From positions 104,054 through 168,053 of the forward strand of contig CBDBPB010000002.1 in NCBI GenBank assembly GCA_965208615.1: a DNA stretch of 64,000 nt. Reading direction: 5' to 3'. Below the pieces are notes generated by a model, which saw nothing but the letters and a program-made list of their open reading frames with translations, did not search any database and was not told the DNA's origin. This document shows, in pieces, positions 52,632-64,000 of the stretch. The stretch is from Spirochaetota bacterium. Lineage in GTDB: Bacteria; Spirochaetota; UBA6919; CBDBPB01. A program made the translations under genes and the position numbers. Positions within the stretch are counted from its first letter, which is position 1. Each line of letters opens with the position of its first letter.

Positions 52632-53462
52632 ATGAGTTCTTCATTAGGAATTATAAAAGAGATATTTATATACACGTCCAAAACCGGTAAGAGTATATTA
52701 TTCTTTTTACTAGAGTCCACAATATTTTTTATAATATCCCTGATAATAGGTTTTTTCATATCTATATCCATATTCTCTCTGGGAACAGGAGATCTAATTT
52801 CAGTCTATAAACAAGTCGTATCCTTGGGATTAGTTTTTACTGTTATCAGTTTTTTTGTATACAGGTTTATCAAAGCTTTTATAGAGGAGTGGAGGATTCT
52901 ATCTTTTTCTGATTTAACCATTAATCAAAAACGATTATTATGTTTTATTTATTCGTCATCTAGTTTAGTTCCAAGATGGTTTGCTTTTATAAGCACTCTT
53001 TTATTTTGGATATTTCTTATTATTATTAGCTCATTCATTTTGTGGATGATTAGTTATTTAGCCTTGGGATTTCTTATATCATATTTTAATATAAGCTCAG
53101 AGACAATAATTTATATTTATAATGGTCTTTTTAAGCTTGGTAATATCTTAAAAGCTTTTGCATTTAATTTATACGAAAATACTGAATCGGATATACAGCT
53201 GAATAGCTTATCCAGTACCTTTTGGTGGACAGTTATAATATTTTTAGAGACTATTTTTATTATGAGTCTTTTTGATGGAAAGTTAATATTAAAAAAGATT
53301 TTTAAGTCTAAGGACAATGATAAAGTTAGTACATCAGCGGTTTTTAGGGGATCAGCCTTTGCTATTTGGTACTTATTATTGGTTAGTTGTCACTTGATTT
53401 TTATTTATGTGTTAATTTATGTATTCATTTTTTATAGGTCTATTAGTCTTATTATAGAATAG
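52632..53462 (+). CDS. Hypothetical polytopic membrane protein
   Basis: 276-aa hydrophobic ORF. Confidence 0.6.
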   Translation: MSSSLGIIKEIFIYTSKTGKSILFFLLESTIFFIISLIIGFFISISIFSLGTGDLISVYKQVVSLGLVFTVISFFVYRFIKAFIEEWRILSFSDLTINQKRLLCFIYSSSSLVPRWFAFISTLLFWIFLIIISSFILWMISYLALGFLISYFNISSETIIYIYNGLFKLGNILKAFAFNLYENTESDIQLNSLSSTFWWTVIIFLETIFIMSLFDGKLILKKIFKSKDNDKVSTSAVFRGSAFAIWYLLLVSCHLIFIYVLIYVFIFYRSISLIIE

Positions 53463-53623
53463 GGCATTCTTAACGTTGATGATTATGATATAAAACCCCA
53501 CTTGTATAACAAAACATCTTCTACAATATACTTATATTTTTATGGAATTTTATAAATATTACGTTATAATAGTGTATTATATTATTTAACTAACAATAAT
53601 ATAATAAATTTAAACTTAAATTA

Positions 53624-54181
53624 ATGGGGACTTTAAAACTAATGAAATTAACAAGGTTGTTTTTATTGATTATAGGACTGTCTTTGATAGTCTATTCAGG
53701 CTGTGAAGGTCTAGATTTACCAGCGGAGTTCAAAGATGGTAAATGTGAAGTAAGCTTTGATGATATTAGTAGTCAAAAGAAGGTAACTATATGTTATGAA
53801 AAGGTTACATCAAGTGCTTGTAACGATTATGAGACGAAAGTAGAAACCTTTATAAAAAGTATAGGACTTACAAAAGGGGCTAAGTTGTATCACGCCTTAG
53901 AAAGCTGTTCAACTGATGCTGATGTTACCTGTACAATAGGCTCTATAAAGTTTTACACCAAAAATACTGAATATAATAATGCATTTAAAAAGTACTGTAC
54001 AAGTAAAGGGGGGAAAGCAGAGGTTAAAGTAGTTAACAAAGGTAAAGATAGAACTAATAAGAAAAAAGGTGAGAAGGATGGAGAAATAGTTAATAACAAA
54101 AATAATGGGAAGGGTGGAAAAAAAGTTAATAACAAAAATAATAAGAAGGATGGAGAAATAGTTAATAACAGAAAGGGATAG
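53624..54181 (+). CDS. Cys-rich lipoprotein with low-complexity K/N/G repeat tail
   Basis: YSGC lipobox, six further Cys, KDGEIVNN repeats; start may be 53642. Confidence 0.7.
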   Translation: MGTLKLMKLTRLFLLIIGLSLIVYSGCEGLDLPAEFKDGKCEVSFDDISSQKKVTICYEKVTSSACNDYETKVETFIKSIGLTKGAKLYHALESCSTDADVTCTIGSIKFYTKNTEYNNAFKKYCTSKGGKAEVKVVNKGKDRTNKKKGEKDGEIVNNKNNGKGGKKVNNKNNKKDGEIVNNRKG

Positions 54182-54555
54182 TGGTTAAAATACTATGGAA
54201 CACATTTAAAGAACAGAGAAAGGGCTATTTATACATTAACGATCTTGAGGAGTATATTGATAGGGTAATACGTTATGAATCGCCTTATCAGATATGTATA
54301 TTCGGGTCTTTAGCGGATAAAAACTACGACTGGAATAGTGATATAGATTTATTTATATTATTTGATAAGCCCTGTTCTTTTTGGATTATGAAGGATAGGC
54401 TTTTAGCCTATAGTACATTGGAAGAGAATATTTTTGATATATTCCCATATTACATAGACGACTTTAAAAAGCTGTCTAAGAATAAGGATTTATTTATTTA
54501 TGAGTCTATAAAGAATGCTATAATAATATACGACAAATCAGATAATAATTATTAA
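54181..54555 (+). CDS. Minimal nucleotidyltransferase (MNT) domain protein
   Basis: IFGSLA...SDIDLF motif; C-terminal I.K.AIIIY. Confidence 0.85.
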   Translation: MVKILWNTFKEQRKGYLYINDLEEYIDRVIRYESPYQICIFGSLADKNYDWNSDIDLFILFDKPCSFWIMKDRLLAYSTLEENIFDIFPYYIDDFKKLSKNKDLFIYESIKNAIIIYDKSDNNY

Positions 54556-54611
54556 CACTCCTACATAGACTCAATAATACTGCTTTTCAATTTAGATAGT
54601 CAGTAAAAACA

Positions 54612-55922
54612 TTAGAATTCTTTCATATAAGAATTACACTCGTTTTCATTTCTATCTACCCACTCCCAGTCTCTTTTTATAGCAGTTTTATCCCATTTCC
54701 ACTTTTTTATATCCCCATCATGTTTGTAGGTTTTAATAGTAGTTGCTTTTTCACAAACTTCCTTTGCATTGTCATAAGCACTTCCTGAGACTAACTTGTT
54801 AAAATTATACACTGACCAGCAGACTTTTTTATTATCAGTAACACCAATACGGCATGCTTTCTCTATGTCTTTTTCTTCACAATTAGCTCTATCTACTATA
54901 GTAGCCTTAATATGATCACCCTTATCAACACATTTTTGTTCTAATAAGTCTATGTCATCCTCAGAATTATCACAAGAGAAAACTTTATCCTTATCAGAAG
55001 TTTCACCAGGATTCTCAACATGCTTGTATTGGCATGACTTTTTAGCACCAGGTATAAAGGGATCGCTAACATCTATACACTTAGTATAGCTCCCCCATTC
55101 AGTATTATTAGCGGTGCCATCCCAATATACATGCCCACGTTTATCAATAAGTTTTGCCGTACAGGCTTTAGCTGGATTATTCAAGTTATCTTTATGATCA
55201 CTTTTACTCATTAGTAGATTTATTGCTGATTGGTCTAAGCAGTATTTATATTCCTGACCCTTTATTGTTTTTGTATATGAGCATATTTTCTCTACTCTTT
55301 CACATTCATTTTTATCTACTATAGTAGCCTTAATATGATCACCCTTATCAACACATATTTTCTTTATTGGCTCTGACCAGGCACTCTTACAAGAGAAAAC
55401 TCCATCCTTATTAGAAGCTGCTCCACCAGGATTCTCAACATGCTTGTATTGGCATATCTTTTTTTTGTCTTTCTTATAAGGGTCTTTATCAATTGTGAGA
55501 CCAGATTCATATTTTGTCCACGTACCTCCTGCCCAGTATTCAAAATCATTTTCATCCTTCTTTGCTTTTTCACAGGAGTCCTTTGCATTAGTAGATGACA
55601 GCAGAAAACCACTAGGATCTAAATATAATTTTTCTTTAGTAGTTTTACAAACTTTCTCTATTTTACAATTATTTACTGGAGTAACAATAGTATGATCATT
55701 ATTACTCAATTTATATGCAAATGGTTTCGAATATATACACTTATAAATTCCATCATCATCAGATACTTTCCCTTTTTCTTTTATATATTTGTATTGGTAT
55801 AGTAATTTGTTGTCCTTAGGATTAATTATTTCCTCAGAATTAGTTACTTTCTCAGGACAACCACTAAATACACTAAACATAAATAAAATGAAAAGCATTA
55901 TTGATATAGTTTTTATTTTCAT
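54612..55922 (-). CDS. Cys-rich lipoprotein with ~140-aa internal repeats
   Basis: FSGC lipobox; CQYKHVENPG...VFSC...CVDKGDHIKATIVD twice plus a degenerate first copy. Confidence 0.8.
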   Translation of the reverse strand: MKIKTISIMLFILFMFSVFSGCPEKVTNSEEIINPKDNKLLYQYKYIKEKGKVSDDDGIYKCIYSKPFAYKLSNNDHTIVTPVNNCKIEKVCKTTKEKLYLDPSGFLLSSTNAKDSCEKAKKDENDFEYWAGGTWTKYESGLTIDKDPYKKDKKKICQYKHVENPGGAASNKDGVFSCKSAWSEPIKKICVDKGDHIKATIVDKNECERVEKICSYTKTIKGQEYKYCLDQSAINLLMSKSDHKDNLNNPAKACTAKLIDKRGHVYWDGTANNTEWGSYTKCIDVSDPFIPGAKKSCQYKHVENPGETSDKDKVFSCDNSEDDIDLLEQKCVDKGDHIKATIVDRANCEEKDIEKACRIGVTDNKKVCWSVYNFNKLVSGSAYDNAKEVCEKATTIKTYKHDGDIKKWKWDKTAIKRDWEWVDRNENECNSYMKEF

Positions 55923-56219
55923 TACTTTTACCCTTTAAAAGGTTTTTATACTTTAAATAATAAGTAATTAAAAAAAAACAAACAATATTTATTTTAAATA
56001 AACTTTAGTTTTCGTTTAGGCTGAATTAAGTAATAAAATTATTCTTTTGTTTTTAAATTTAAGACTTTATTATTATTTTTCTATTAACTTACTGGTTTAA
56101 AATATAAGAATAAACATTGAATATTTAATTTATGCTCCTCTTATGGTTTAAGGCGATGGTTTAGCTTTAAATTGGTTGGTGTATAATTTAGAAATAATAC
56201 TTATAAGGAGAGTTATAAT

Positions 56220-58919
56220 ATGGCAAAAAAATACGTTTACTTTTTTGGAGACGGATCAGCTGATGGCAAGGCTGATATGAAAAACCTTTTAGGAGGAAAG
56301 GGTGCTAATCTTGCTGAGATGACTAATTTAGGTATGCCTGTACCACCTGGTATAACTATTACCACTGAAGTTTGTACTTATTATTATGAAAATGGTAATA
56401 GATATCCAGATGAACTTAAGAAGGCTGTTGAGAAAGGACTTAAGCGGATTGAAAAAATAATAGGCAAAAAGTTTGGTGATGTTAATGATCCCTTACTTAT
56501 GTCTGTTCGTTCTGGTGCAAGGGCGTCAATGCCGGGTATGATGGATACTGTTTTAAACTTAGGTTTAAATGATAATACGGTCAAGGGTATAATAGGCAAA
56601 ACCAATAATAAGCGTTTTGCTTATGACAGTTACAGACGGTTTATACAGATGTATTCCAATGTGGTTATGGGTATGAAGGGTGATCACCTGGAGGAGATAT
56701 TAGAGGGTCTTAAAAAAGACAGAGGTGCAAACTTAGATACTGACTTAACCGCTGAGGATTTAGAAAGTCTAATACCTTTATTTAAGGTTAAGGTTAAGGA
56801 GGTTACTGGTAAGGACTTCCCAGATGATCCATTAGCACAGATGTGGGGTGGTATTGATGCAGTTTTTAGCTCGTGGAACAATGATAGGGCTAATATATAC
56901 AGAAAGCTACACAACATCCCAGATGACTGGGGTACTGCTGTTAATTTAATGGCTATGGTCTTTGGTAATATGGGGGATAATTGCGGTACTGGAGTTGCAT
57001 TTACGAGGGATCCTGCTACTGGTGAGAATAAGTTTTACGGTGAGTTTTTAAAGAACGCACAGGGTGAGGATGTTGTAGCTGGTATAAGGACTCCTCAGCA
57101 TATTGATAAGCTTAAGAGTGAGTTTCCAAAGTGTTATGATGATCTTGTTAACATTTATAAGAAGTTAGAAAATCATTATAGGGATATGCAGGATATAGAG
57201 TTTACTATTCAAGAGGGCAAATTATGGATGCTTCAGTGTAGGGTTGGTAAGCGTACGGGTTTTGCATCATTTAGGATAGCTGTGGACATGGTAGAAGAAG
57301 GGTTAATATCCAAAGAGGAAGGGCTTTTGAGGGTAGAGCCTGAACAGCTTAATCAGTTACTCAGGCCTATTTTTGATCTTAAGAGTAAGGAGAAGGCTAT
57401 ATCCGATGGACGGGTATTAGCTAAGGGTCTTAATGCTGGACCTGGTGCTGCTACTGGAAAGGTAGTTTTTAATGCTGAGGATGCTATTAAGTGGGAGAAA
57501 AAAGGTGAGAAGGTTATTCTTGTTAGGATTGAGACATCTCCTGAGGATATTGGTGGTATGGATGCTTCTGAGGGTATATTAACTGCAAGGGGTGGTATGA
57601 CATCTCATGCGGCATTGGTTGCCAGACAGATGGGTAAGGTATGCGTTGCTGGATGTGAGGAACTTGAAATTAGTTATAAGGATAAAGAAATTAGGGTTAA
57701 GGATAAGGTTGTTAAAGAGGGAGATTTTTTATCCATTGACGGTACTACTGGTGAGGTTATAGAGGGTGAGATTAAGACTATTCCTTCGGAGATACTTCAG
57801 GTTTTAATATATAAGACTCTAAAGCCGGAACAATCCGACGTATACCACAAATATATGGAGTTAATGAGTTGGGCTGATGAGGTTAGACGTCTTAAGATTC
57901 GTACTAATGCTGATCAACCTGATCAGTGTGAGGTTGCCATATCCTTTGGTGCAGAGGGTATAGGGTTATGCCGTACTGAACACATGTTTTTTGAGGGTAA
58001 CCGTATTAATGCTGTTAGAGAGATGATCTTTTCTGATGATATTAGTGGACGAGAGAAAGCATTAGCTAAGCTCTTACCTATGCAAAAAAGCGATTTTAAA
58101 GAGATATTTAAGGTGATGGCTGGCTTTCCTGTTACTATTAGGTTATTAGACCCACCGTTACACGAGTTCTTACCTCACACTGATGATGAGCTTAAACATT
58201 TGGCTAAGTCTATGGGTGTACCTTTTGATCGTATAAAGGATAAAAAAGATAGCCTACACGAGTTTAATCCTATGCTTGGTCATAGAGGATGCCGTTTAGG
58301 GGTTGTATACCCAGAAATCAGTAAAATGCAGGCAAGGGCTATTATAGAGGCGGCTTGTGAGGTAAAAAAAGAGGGTATAGATGTTGAGCCTGAAATTATG
58401 GTACCATTGGTTGGCCATGTTAATGAGCTTAAGCTCCAGAGAGAGGTTATTGACGATATTTGCAATAAGGTTATAAAAACTAATGGTGTTGATGTTAACT
58501 ATCTTGTTGGTACTATGATTGAGTTACCAAGGGCCGCTATTACTGCTGATCAAATTGCTAAAGAGGCACAGTTCTTTTCATTTGGTACTAATGACCTTAC
58601 TCAGACGGCTTTTGGTATGAGTAGGGATGATGCAGGCAAGTATTTACCATTTTATATTGAACATGACATAATTAATGCCAATCCATTTGCTGTATTAGAC
58701 GTTGATGGAGTGGGGGAGCTTGTTAAGATTGGTATTGACAAAGGACAACAAACAAGACCTGGCATTAAAATAGGTATATGTGGTGAACATGGTGGTGATC
58801 CGTCTTCGGTTGAGTTTTGTAACTCTGTTAAGATGCATTATGTTAGCTGTTCACCTTATAGAGTGCCTATTGCGAGGTTAGCGGCCGCTCAGGCAGTATT
58901 AAAAGAGAATAACAAGTAG
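56220..58919 (+). CDS. ppdK: Pyruvate, phosphate dikinase
   Basis: [44 protein letters not shown]. Confidence 0.98.
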   Translation: MAKKYVYFFGDGSADGKADMKNLLGGKGANLAEMTNLGMPVPPGITITTEVCTYYYENGNRYPDELKKAVEKGLKRIEKIIGKKFGDVNDPLLMSVRSGARASMPGMMDTVLNLGLNDNTVKGIIGKTNNKRFAYDSYRRFIQMYSNVVMGMKGDHLEEILEGLKKDRGANLDTDLTAEDLESLIPLFKVKVKEVTGKDFPDDPLAQMWGGIDAVFSSWNNDRANIYRKLHNIPDDWGTAVNLMAMVFGNMGDNCGTGVAFTRDPATGENKFYGEFLKNAQGEDVVAGIRTPQHIDKLKSEFPKCYDDLVNIYKKLENHYRDMQDIEFTIQEGKLWMLQCRVGKRTGFASFRIAVDMVEEGLISKEEGLLRVEPEQLNQLLRPIFDLKSKEKAISDGRVLAKGLNAGPGAATGKVVFNAEDAIKWEKKGEKVILVRIETSPEDIGGMDASEGILTARGGMTSHAALVARQMGKVCVAGCEELEISYKDKEIRVKDKVVKEGDFLSIDGTTGEVIEGEIKTIPSEILQVLIYKTLKPEQSDVYHKYMELMSWADEVRRLKIRTNADQPDQCEVAISFGAEGIGLCRTEHMFFEGNRINAVREMIFSDDISGREKALAKLLPMQKSDFKEIFKVMAGFPVTIRLLDPPLHEFLPHTDDELKHLAKSMGVPFDRIKDKKDSLHEFNPMLGHRGCRLGVVYPEISKMQARAIIEAACEVKKEGIDVEPEIMVPLVGHVNELKLQREVIDDICNKVIKTNGVDVNYLVGTMIELPRAAITADQIAKEAQFFSFGTNDLTQTAFGMSRDDAGKYLPFYIEHDIINANPFAVLDVDGVGELVKIGIDKGQQTRPGIKIGICGEHGGDPSSVEFCNSVKMHYVSCSPYRVPIARLAAAQAVLKENNK

Positions 58920-58932
58920 TTGGATATAAGCC

Positions 58933-59517
58933 TTGATACTATTTATAGACAACTATGATTCATTCACCTATAATTTGGTGCAATATATTGGTGAACAGGA
59001 TCCTAATTTAAAGGTATACCGTAATGATGCCATAAACCTTGATGATATAGATAAGCTATCCCCAAAAGGGATAGTTATATCTCCTGGACCAGGTACTCCT
59101 GATAACGCTGGCATATCCGTTGAGGTGGTAAAGAGGTTCTATAAGGCTATACCGATATTTGGGGTATGTTTAGGACATCAATCTATTGCCCAGGCTTTTG
59201 GTGGAGTTATAGAAAGGGCTAATGACATTGTTCATGGTAAGACTAGTCCAATAAGTCATGATGGGAAAACCTTGTTCAGCAACTTGGATAATCCCTTTAC
59301 GGCTACTAGATATCATTCTCTTGTTGTGAATAGGGATAGTTTACCCAATTGTTTTGAGATTTCTGCATGGCTAAGTGATAATACTATTATGGGAATCCGT
59401 CATAAGGACTACCCATTAGAGGGAGTACAATTTCATCCAGAGTCCATATTGACTGATGTGGGTAAGGCTATGATTAGTAATTTTATAAACTTAATCAAGA
59501 GGGTTAACTGTCAATAA
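58933..59517 (+). CDS. Anthranilate/aminodeoxychorismate synthase glutamine amidotransferase (TrpG/PabA)
   Basis: DNYDSFTYNL, SPGPG, GVCLGHQ, RYHSL, QFHPES. Confidence 0.94.
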   Translation: MILFIDNYDSFTYNLVQYIGEQDPNLKVYRNDAINLDDIDKLSPKGIVISPGPGTPDNAGISVEVVKRFYKAIPIFGVCLGHQSIAQAFGGVIERANDIVHGKTSPISHDGKTLFSNLDNPFTATRYHSLVVNRDSLPNCFEISAWLSDNTIMGIRHKDYPLEGVQFHPESILTDVGKAMISNFINLIKRVNCQ

Positions 59518-59519
59518 GC

Positions 59520-59545
59520 TAGACCATCCTAATAAGGATGGTCTA
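59520..59545. terminator. Bidirectional terminator hairpin between convergent genes
   Basis: TAGACCATCCT-aata-AGGATGGTCTA. Confidence 0.8.
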
Positions 59546-59552
59546 TTTAATA

Positions 59553-60099
59553 TTATCTTTTTTGCTTTTGTTGTTGCCAACAAGGATGATTACCATAATG
59601 CCGTCCACCACGTCCTTTCCACTTACCTTTACCACGCCACATTCCTTTACCTGCCCATACAGGAAAGCCATCTTTATTTCGTAGCTTAATAGTCTTACCC
59701 TTAACCTTAATCTCGCCAGCAACCATTAAAGGACCAACCCAAAAGTCGCCCTTATTCCCTTTAACTTCTACGGTATCATTAACATTTAACTTAATGTTTT
59801 TGTTTTGTAAATACCATATTGGAGCTAAGTGAACAATAACAGTTTCTTTTTGAGTTTTAACTTTAATAGCACCCATCATCCTGCCAAAGAGCTCTTTGCT
59901 TATTACCTTACCCTTAATTTTTGTTACCTTATTAGGATTATACATCATGTGCATACCCTTGCCAGGCCCCATCATACCAGGTCCCATCATACCAGGCCCC
60001 ATACCGCGCCCTCTTTGAGCATAGGATATAGCCATAAACAATGTTGCCATTAGAACTTACAACACTAAAGATTATAGTTATCTTTTTTCTTTTAGTCAT
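59553..60099 (-). CDS. Secreted OB-fold protein (MamS/MamX-like domain) with GM-rich leader; frameshift near start
   Basis: GPGMM repeats, YNP...IKGKV, VHLAPIWYL, LRNKDGFPVW; AGGAGG RBS before ATG 60099. Confidence 0.65.
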
Positions 60100-60250
60100 T
60101 TTAAAATCCTCCTGTTTTTCTTTTGTATAAATATGCCATAAAATATTAAACCTTATGTTAATAAAATGTTAATCATTTGTAAATACATAAAAAATATTAG
60201 CTTTTTTATCCGAAGTATGTTTAACCTCTAACATAAATTGACAAAAATTG

Positions 60251-61726
60251 TCATTTTGCTTTATTTTTATCCAAAGTATGCTTAACTTTTCTATACCCCT
60301 CTACAGCCCTAAAAACCCTTATAAAATTAGTACCCAATATCTTTTTAATATCAGAAAATGAATATCCCCTGTTATATAAACCCAAACTAAGGCTTGCTAA
60401 CTTGGATATGTCCTCTAACCCTCTTGGAGTCTTAATAAATCCGTCGTAGTCAGACCCAAGAGCAACATTATCGACGGATGACAGCTCAACTAAATAATCA
60501 ATATGATTAAGAACATCCTCTATACTAGCCTTAGCCTTCTTTTTTAGATATTTACTGTGATAAATTACCCCTATAACTCCGCCATTAGCCCTAATAGTTC
60601 TAAGCATATTGTTAGTTATATTACGTTTGTGGTTGACTAAACCTCTGGCACTAGAGTGAGACAGAATAACAGGATATGTCTTAGCAATCTTTAGAACATC
60701 GTAAAAGGTATTATCCGACGAATGAGAAAGATCAATAAGCATACCCAAACTCATCATCTTTTTAATTAACCTTCTACCCAACTTGGATAGTCCACCGTGT
60801 ATATTGTGTCCAGCCGCATCAGCAAAAGAATTACTGTTATTCCAAGTAAGACCAATATACCTAACCCCTTTGTCATACAAAACCTTAACCCTATCAACAT
60901 TACCCTCCAAAGGATGAGCTCCCTCAAGACCAATAAGACCAGATATACGACTACGACTAAAATTATTAAGTAAATCAGCAGAGCTTAATGCCAAATTTAT
61001 ACCACTATATTTATCCATTTCCTTATGGAGCCTATCAATCATATATAGTGCAAGATCAAAAGGCTTATTTTTATAACGGCTGAACCTCTTAATAATGGAC
61101 TTTTTAAACCGTACTGCATAATTACCCTTAACAAAAAAAGGAGGTACAAATACAGCATAAAAACAAGACCGTGCTCCACCTTTTTTCATTTTGTATAGGT
61201 CTATCTCTGTATGCCTATCTCCACTTTGTATGCTGATATTCCTTGTCATAACGTGTAAGATTAGGTCATTATGAAGATCAATATTAAATGTTCTATAGTG
61301 AAAGTCCCTCACCTTTTTGTTAGGGCTAAGGGAATTATCCGCCATAACGTTCTTTAAAATAATATTAACATTATTATCCCTAAGCCAAACTAACTCATAC
61401 CTAACAGGACGACTAAGCCATACCCTAATTACAGATTTACCTTTATCATTATTAATACTAAGGCGTTTAACAGTTCCAGTCAGTATATTATAAGTTTTAG
61501 CCCTAATAAGCCCTTTAACCCTAAAGGTTATAACCTTCTTAATACGGTTTTGTTTATGAGTAAGACTATCCTTATAAGCCCTTAAGCTAATAATATAATC
61601 ATCGCCCATAAGCCTGTGGGATATATCCTTGCCCTTTAACCCTGTATGATCCTTCTTATCCCCTTGACAAGCAAATATAAAAAAAGATAATGTGATAAAT
61701 ATGAATATTTTCACCCTAATCCCCAA
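60251..61726 (-). CDS. Membrane dipeptidase (M19) lipoprotein
   Basis: IDLHND, LEGA, GLTWN, IDLSH, SHS, LGSDYDG; IFAC lipobox. Confidence 0.9.
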   Translation of the reverse strand: MGIRVKIFIFITLSFFIFACQGDKKDHTGLKGKDISHRLMGDDYIISLRAYKDSLTHKQNRIKKVITFRVKGLIRAKTYNILTGTVKRLSINNDKGKSVIRVWLSRPVRYELVWLRDNNVNIILKNVMADNSLSPNKKVRDFHYRTFNIDLHNDLILHVMTRNISIQSGDRHTEIDLYKMKKGGARSCFYAVFVPPFFVKGNYAVRFKKSIIKRFSRYKNKPFDLALYMIDRLHKEMDKYSGINLALSSADLLNNFSRSRISGLIGLEGAHPLEGNVDRVKVLYDKGVRYIGLTWNNSNSFADAAGHNIHGGLSKLGRRLIKKMMSLGMLIDLSHSSDNTFYDVLKIAKTYPVILSHSSARGLVNHKRNITNNMLRTIRANGGVIGVIYHSKYLKKKAKASIEDVLNHIDYLVELSSVDNVALGSDYDGFIKTPRGLEDISKLASLSLGLYNRGYSFSDIKKILGTNFIRVFRAVEGYRKVKHTLDKNKAK

Positions 61727-61730
61727 ACTA

Positions 61731-63365
61731 TCAGCTTATGAACAAGTATCTATAACCCCTAAAATTGTATATAACATGTGAGCGTACTTTATACCAACTA
61801 TCTCCAAGTATATTAATAGAATATGTTCTGCCAGCCTTTAAAGCTTTTTTAGCGTATATAGTGTACATATACTGATCAGCACTATGATTTTTGACTATCT
61901 TATGATCAATTCTCTTATCCGATAAGCTAACTAAAACCTTTTGTATTTTAACAGACCTGTCATAAACGAATATACTAAGTAAAAAGCTATTCTCTATTCT
62001 ATAGTCAACCTTTGGCTTTGTGCAAAAACCCATATACTTTATAGTGCGTATACCATTAGTAGTAGGACTAAGCCTAAAAGGTTTATAGTAAATGATATGA
62101 GGTAACATTAATTTACTCTGCCTGCCAATAAGCATAATAGAAAAAGAACTTTTACCCTTTAACCCTTTACATCTAATATTATAATATCCAAAGTGAATAG
62201 CCCTTGGATCAAGGATAGACTGCATCCACTTATCCTTTTTGCTATTCTTAATAAGCTGTCTGATATGATTATTACCGTATACAATAAGCTCAGACACCTT
62301 ATTAGTATAATCAAAGTGCTTTCTCCTTTGAAAAGTAGTTCTACCAAAGTAACCAGCCTTTTGTTTACTCTGTAAATATAAGTTTTTAGGTTTATGCTTT
62401 AATATATACTGTCCATGCTTTTTGGCCATTGTATTAAGAGTGAGATTAGGTTTTAGCGGCTTTAGGTTATACTTATCCCTGATATGGTTGATAAACGCTA
62501 GATAAACCCTATAAGGCTTATTCAGAGGGACTCTCTTTTTTAACAACACCCTAACATACATTGCATAGTTAGACTTAGGGAAGTCTTTAACTATTTTCTT
62601 AAGATAAATATTACCCTTATCAGCCTTAATCTTGCTCTCTAAGGACGGACTAATGTTTATATTACCATCGGTAAAATAGGTATAGCTGTCATTCTTGTTC
62701 AGGCTATACTTTATCCACTTGTTGGCTAGTACGGTTATAGTTTTATTCTTGCTAAAGTTGTAATATATAATAGACTTATGATTTAGCTTTCTAATTGTTA
62801 CGCTATTATTTAGGATAGTTAACTTTTCCTGCTTTTTAGTACTAGGATAAAGTATTTTGTGATATTTATATAACTTATTACCACTGTGGGACAGCTTGGA
62901 TAAACCGTAACTAATATTAGTCATCCAAAAGTGGTGTCTAAATAAATATATATTCTTTATTTTAGTACGTCCTTTAGATAGCCCTTCGGTATACCTAAAC
63001 TCATCCTCAAGGCTATATGATAGACCATCCTTTTTAATAAAGAGCTTTTTGTCATCAATTTTAATGCCAATCCCTTTATCAGACGTATAAATCACCGTCC
63101 CATCATCGTAATATTCAAACTGATAGCCATGTTTATACTCATACCTAATGGCTATTCTATTTTTATATTCCCTGAGGGTGGATAGCAACTGTTTAGATTG
63201 ACGCTTAGCCTTTTTTAAAAGACGCTTTAGCTTTATAGCCTTAACTCTTGCCTTCTTTAGTGAGTATATAAGCCTCTTAGTCTGTCTTTTATGGCTTTTA
63301 ATATACGAAAAACCAATATCACAAACAATAACAACTATAAATACACTAAAAATAAGCTTATACAT
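61731..63365 (-). CDS. Secreted protein with CAP/SCP-like domain
   Basis: INHIRDKYNLKPLK.N..L...AKKH, ILDPRAIHFG. Confidence 0.6.
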   Translation of the reverse strand: MYKLIFSVFIVVIVCDIGFSYIKSHKRQTKRLIYSLKKARVKAIKLKRLLKKAKRQSKQLLSTLREYKNRIAIRYEYKHGYQFEYYDDGTVIYTSDKGIGIKIDDKKLFIKKDGLSYSLEDEFRYTEGLSKGRTKIKNIYLFRHHFWMTNISYGLSKLSHSGNKLYKYHKILYPSTKKQEKLTILNNSVTIRKLNHKSIIYYNFSKNKTITVLANKWIKYSLNKNDSYTYFTDGNINISPSLESKIKADKGNIYLKKIVKDFPKSNYAMYVRVLLKKRVPLNKPYRVYLAFINHIRDKYNLKPLKPNLTLNTMAKKHGQYILKHKPKNLYLQSKQKAGYFGRTTFQRRKHFDYTNKVSELIVYGNNHIRQLIKNSKKDKWMQSILDPRAIHFGYYNIRCKGLKGKSSFSIMLIGRQSKLMLPHIIYYKPFRLSPTTNGIRTIKYMGFCTKPKVDYRIENSFLLSIFVYDRSVKIQKVLVSLSDKRIDHKIVKNHSADQYMYTIYAKKALKAGRTYSINILGDSWYKVRSHVIYNFRGYRYLFIS

Positions 63366-63715
63366 TACCTCTTGCCAGGAGCATATTTAATAATTTCAAC
63401 GTTCTCTAGGGTAATAAGTCCGCCACATCCACAGTATTCAAAGGTTTTATCCATCTCATCCCTGATTATTTTAATATTATCCTCGCTGTCTACCACTTCT
63501 ATTACAATAGGTAATTCCGCATTCAGCCTTAATATCTTAGCACTATGTATTTTGCTAGTAGTACCATATCCCTCAATACCCTTTAGTACAGTAATACCAG
63601 ATAAGCCTAGTTCTCTTGCCCTTAAAACAATATATTCATATAAAGGTATTTTATTATAGCGATCACTCTCGCATACGAATATCCTAAGTAGCTTTCCTAT
63701 AGTGCTAACTCTCAT
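63365..63715 (-). CDS. DUF190 (PII-like) protein
   Basis: LLRIFVCESD, G.TVLKGIEGYG, LPIVIEVVD; follows crcB. Confidence 0.92.
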   Translation of the reverse strand: MRVSTIGKLLRIFVCESDRYNKIPLYEYIVLRARELGLSGITVLKGIEGYGTTSKIHSAKILRLNAELPIVIEVVDSEDNIKIIRDEMDKTFEYCGCGGLITLENVEIIKYAPGKR

Positions 63716-63724
63716 TAGTCATCC

Positions 63725-64000
63725 TCAATATATTAGCCTATACAAAACCTTACCCAACCATACAGATAACAACCCTATAACGCAACTTAAAAAAATGTTT
63801 AGTAATGCCCACATTAGCTCATTGTCTTCAATTAGATTTAAGGTCTCTAAACTAAAAGTAGAAAAAGTAGTAAAAGCACCTAAAAATCCAACGTTAATAA
63901 GCACCCTATAAAAAGGATCAATAAGCCTTTCTGTAAAAAGATCGTTTAAAAATCCCAATAAAAAACAGCCTAATATATTAACAACAAACGTGCCAATAGG
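63725..64000 (-). CDS. crcB: Fluoride channel Fluc, C-terminal part (truncated by window edge)
   Basis: PIGTFVVNILGCF and GFLGAFTTFSTFSLE. Confidence 0.93.
   Translation of the reverse strand, partial: PIGTFVVNILGCFLLGFLNDLFTERLIDPFYRVLINVGFLGAFTTFSTFSLETLNLIEDNELMWALLNIFLSCVIGLLSVWLGKVLYRLIY

Noticed and set aside
59553-60099. Magnetosome island (MamS/MamX-like domain plus hemerythrin at 37200)
   Set aside because: Both families are widespread, the two genes are 22 kb apart, and no mam genes or CXXCH magnetochrome motifs are present.

Overview
Low-GC bacterial chromosomal window; the Bdr-like gene and the many lipoproteins suggest a spirochaete-like host, but that is inference. The housekeeping backbone is tsaE (partial), thiF-S-G-E, a complete nuoA-N operon with a type II restriction-modification cassette inserted between nuoG and nuoH, ccoI-ccoS, ilvB-N, an SSS symporter with a divergent cNMP/CBS/DUF294 gene, ppdK, trpG/pabA and a crcB-DUF190 operon. 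Many single-base frameshifts in conserved genes look like long-read indel errors. The most unusual content is a three-member family of surface lipoprotein genes (11.4-14.1, 14.4-15.7 and 47.7-50.4 kb) made of a 4-Cys ~45-aa repeat (10, 1 and 5 copies) plus GGGM-x-N beta-helix repeats (5, 6 and 12 copies). Two loci share one upstream architecture: a local tandem array, a ~420-bp conserved non-coding block, and a ~144-bp tandem array (6 or 2 units) whose units are inverted, diverged copies of the genes' own 3' end plus terminator. One copy has lost its leader, RBS, start codon and signal peptide by a clean deletion. This looks like a candidate surface-variation or antisense-regulated module that I do not recognise as described; no recombinase or reverse transcriptase is present in the window.
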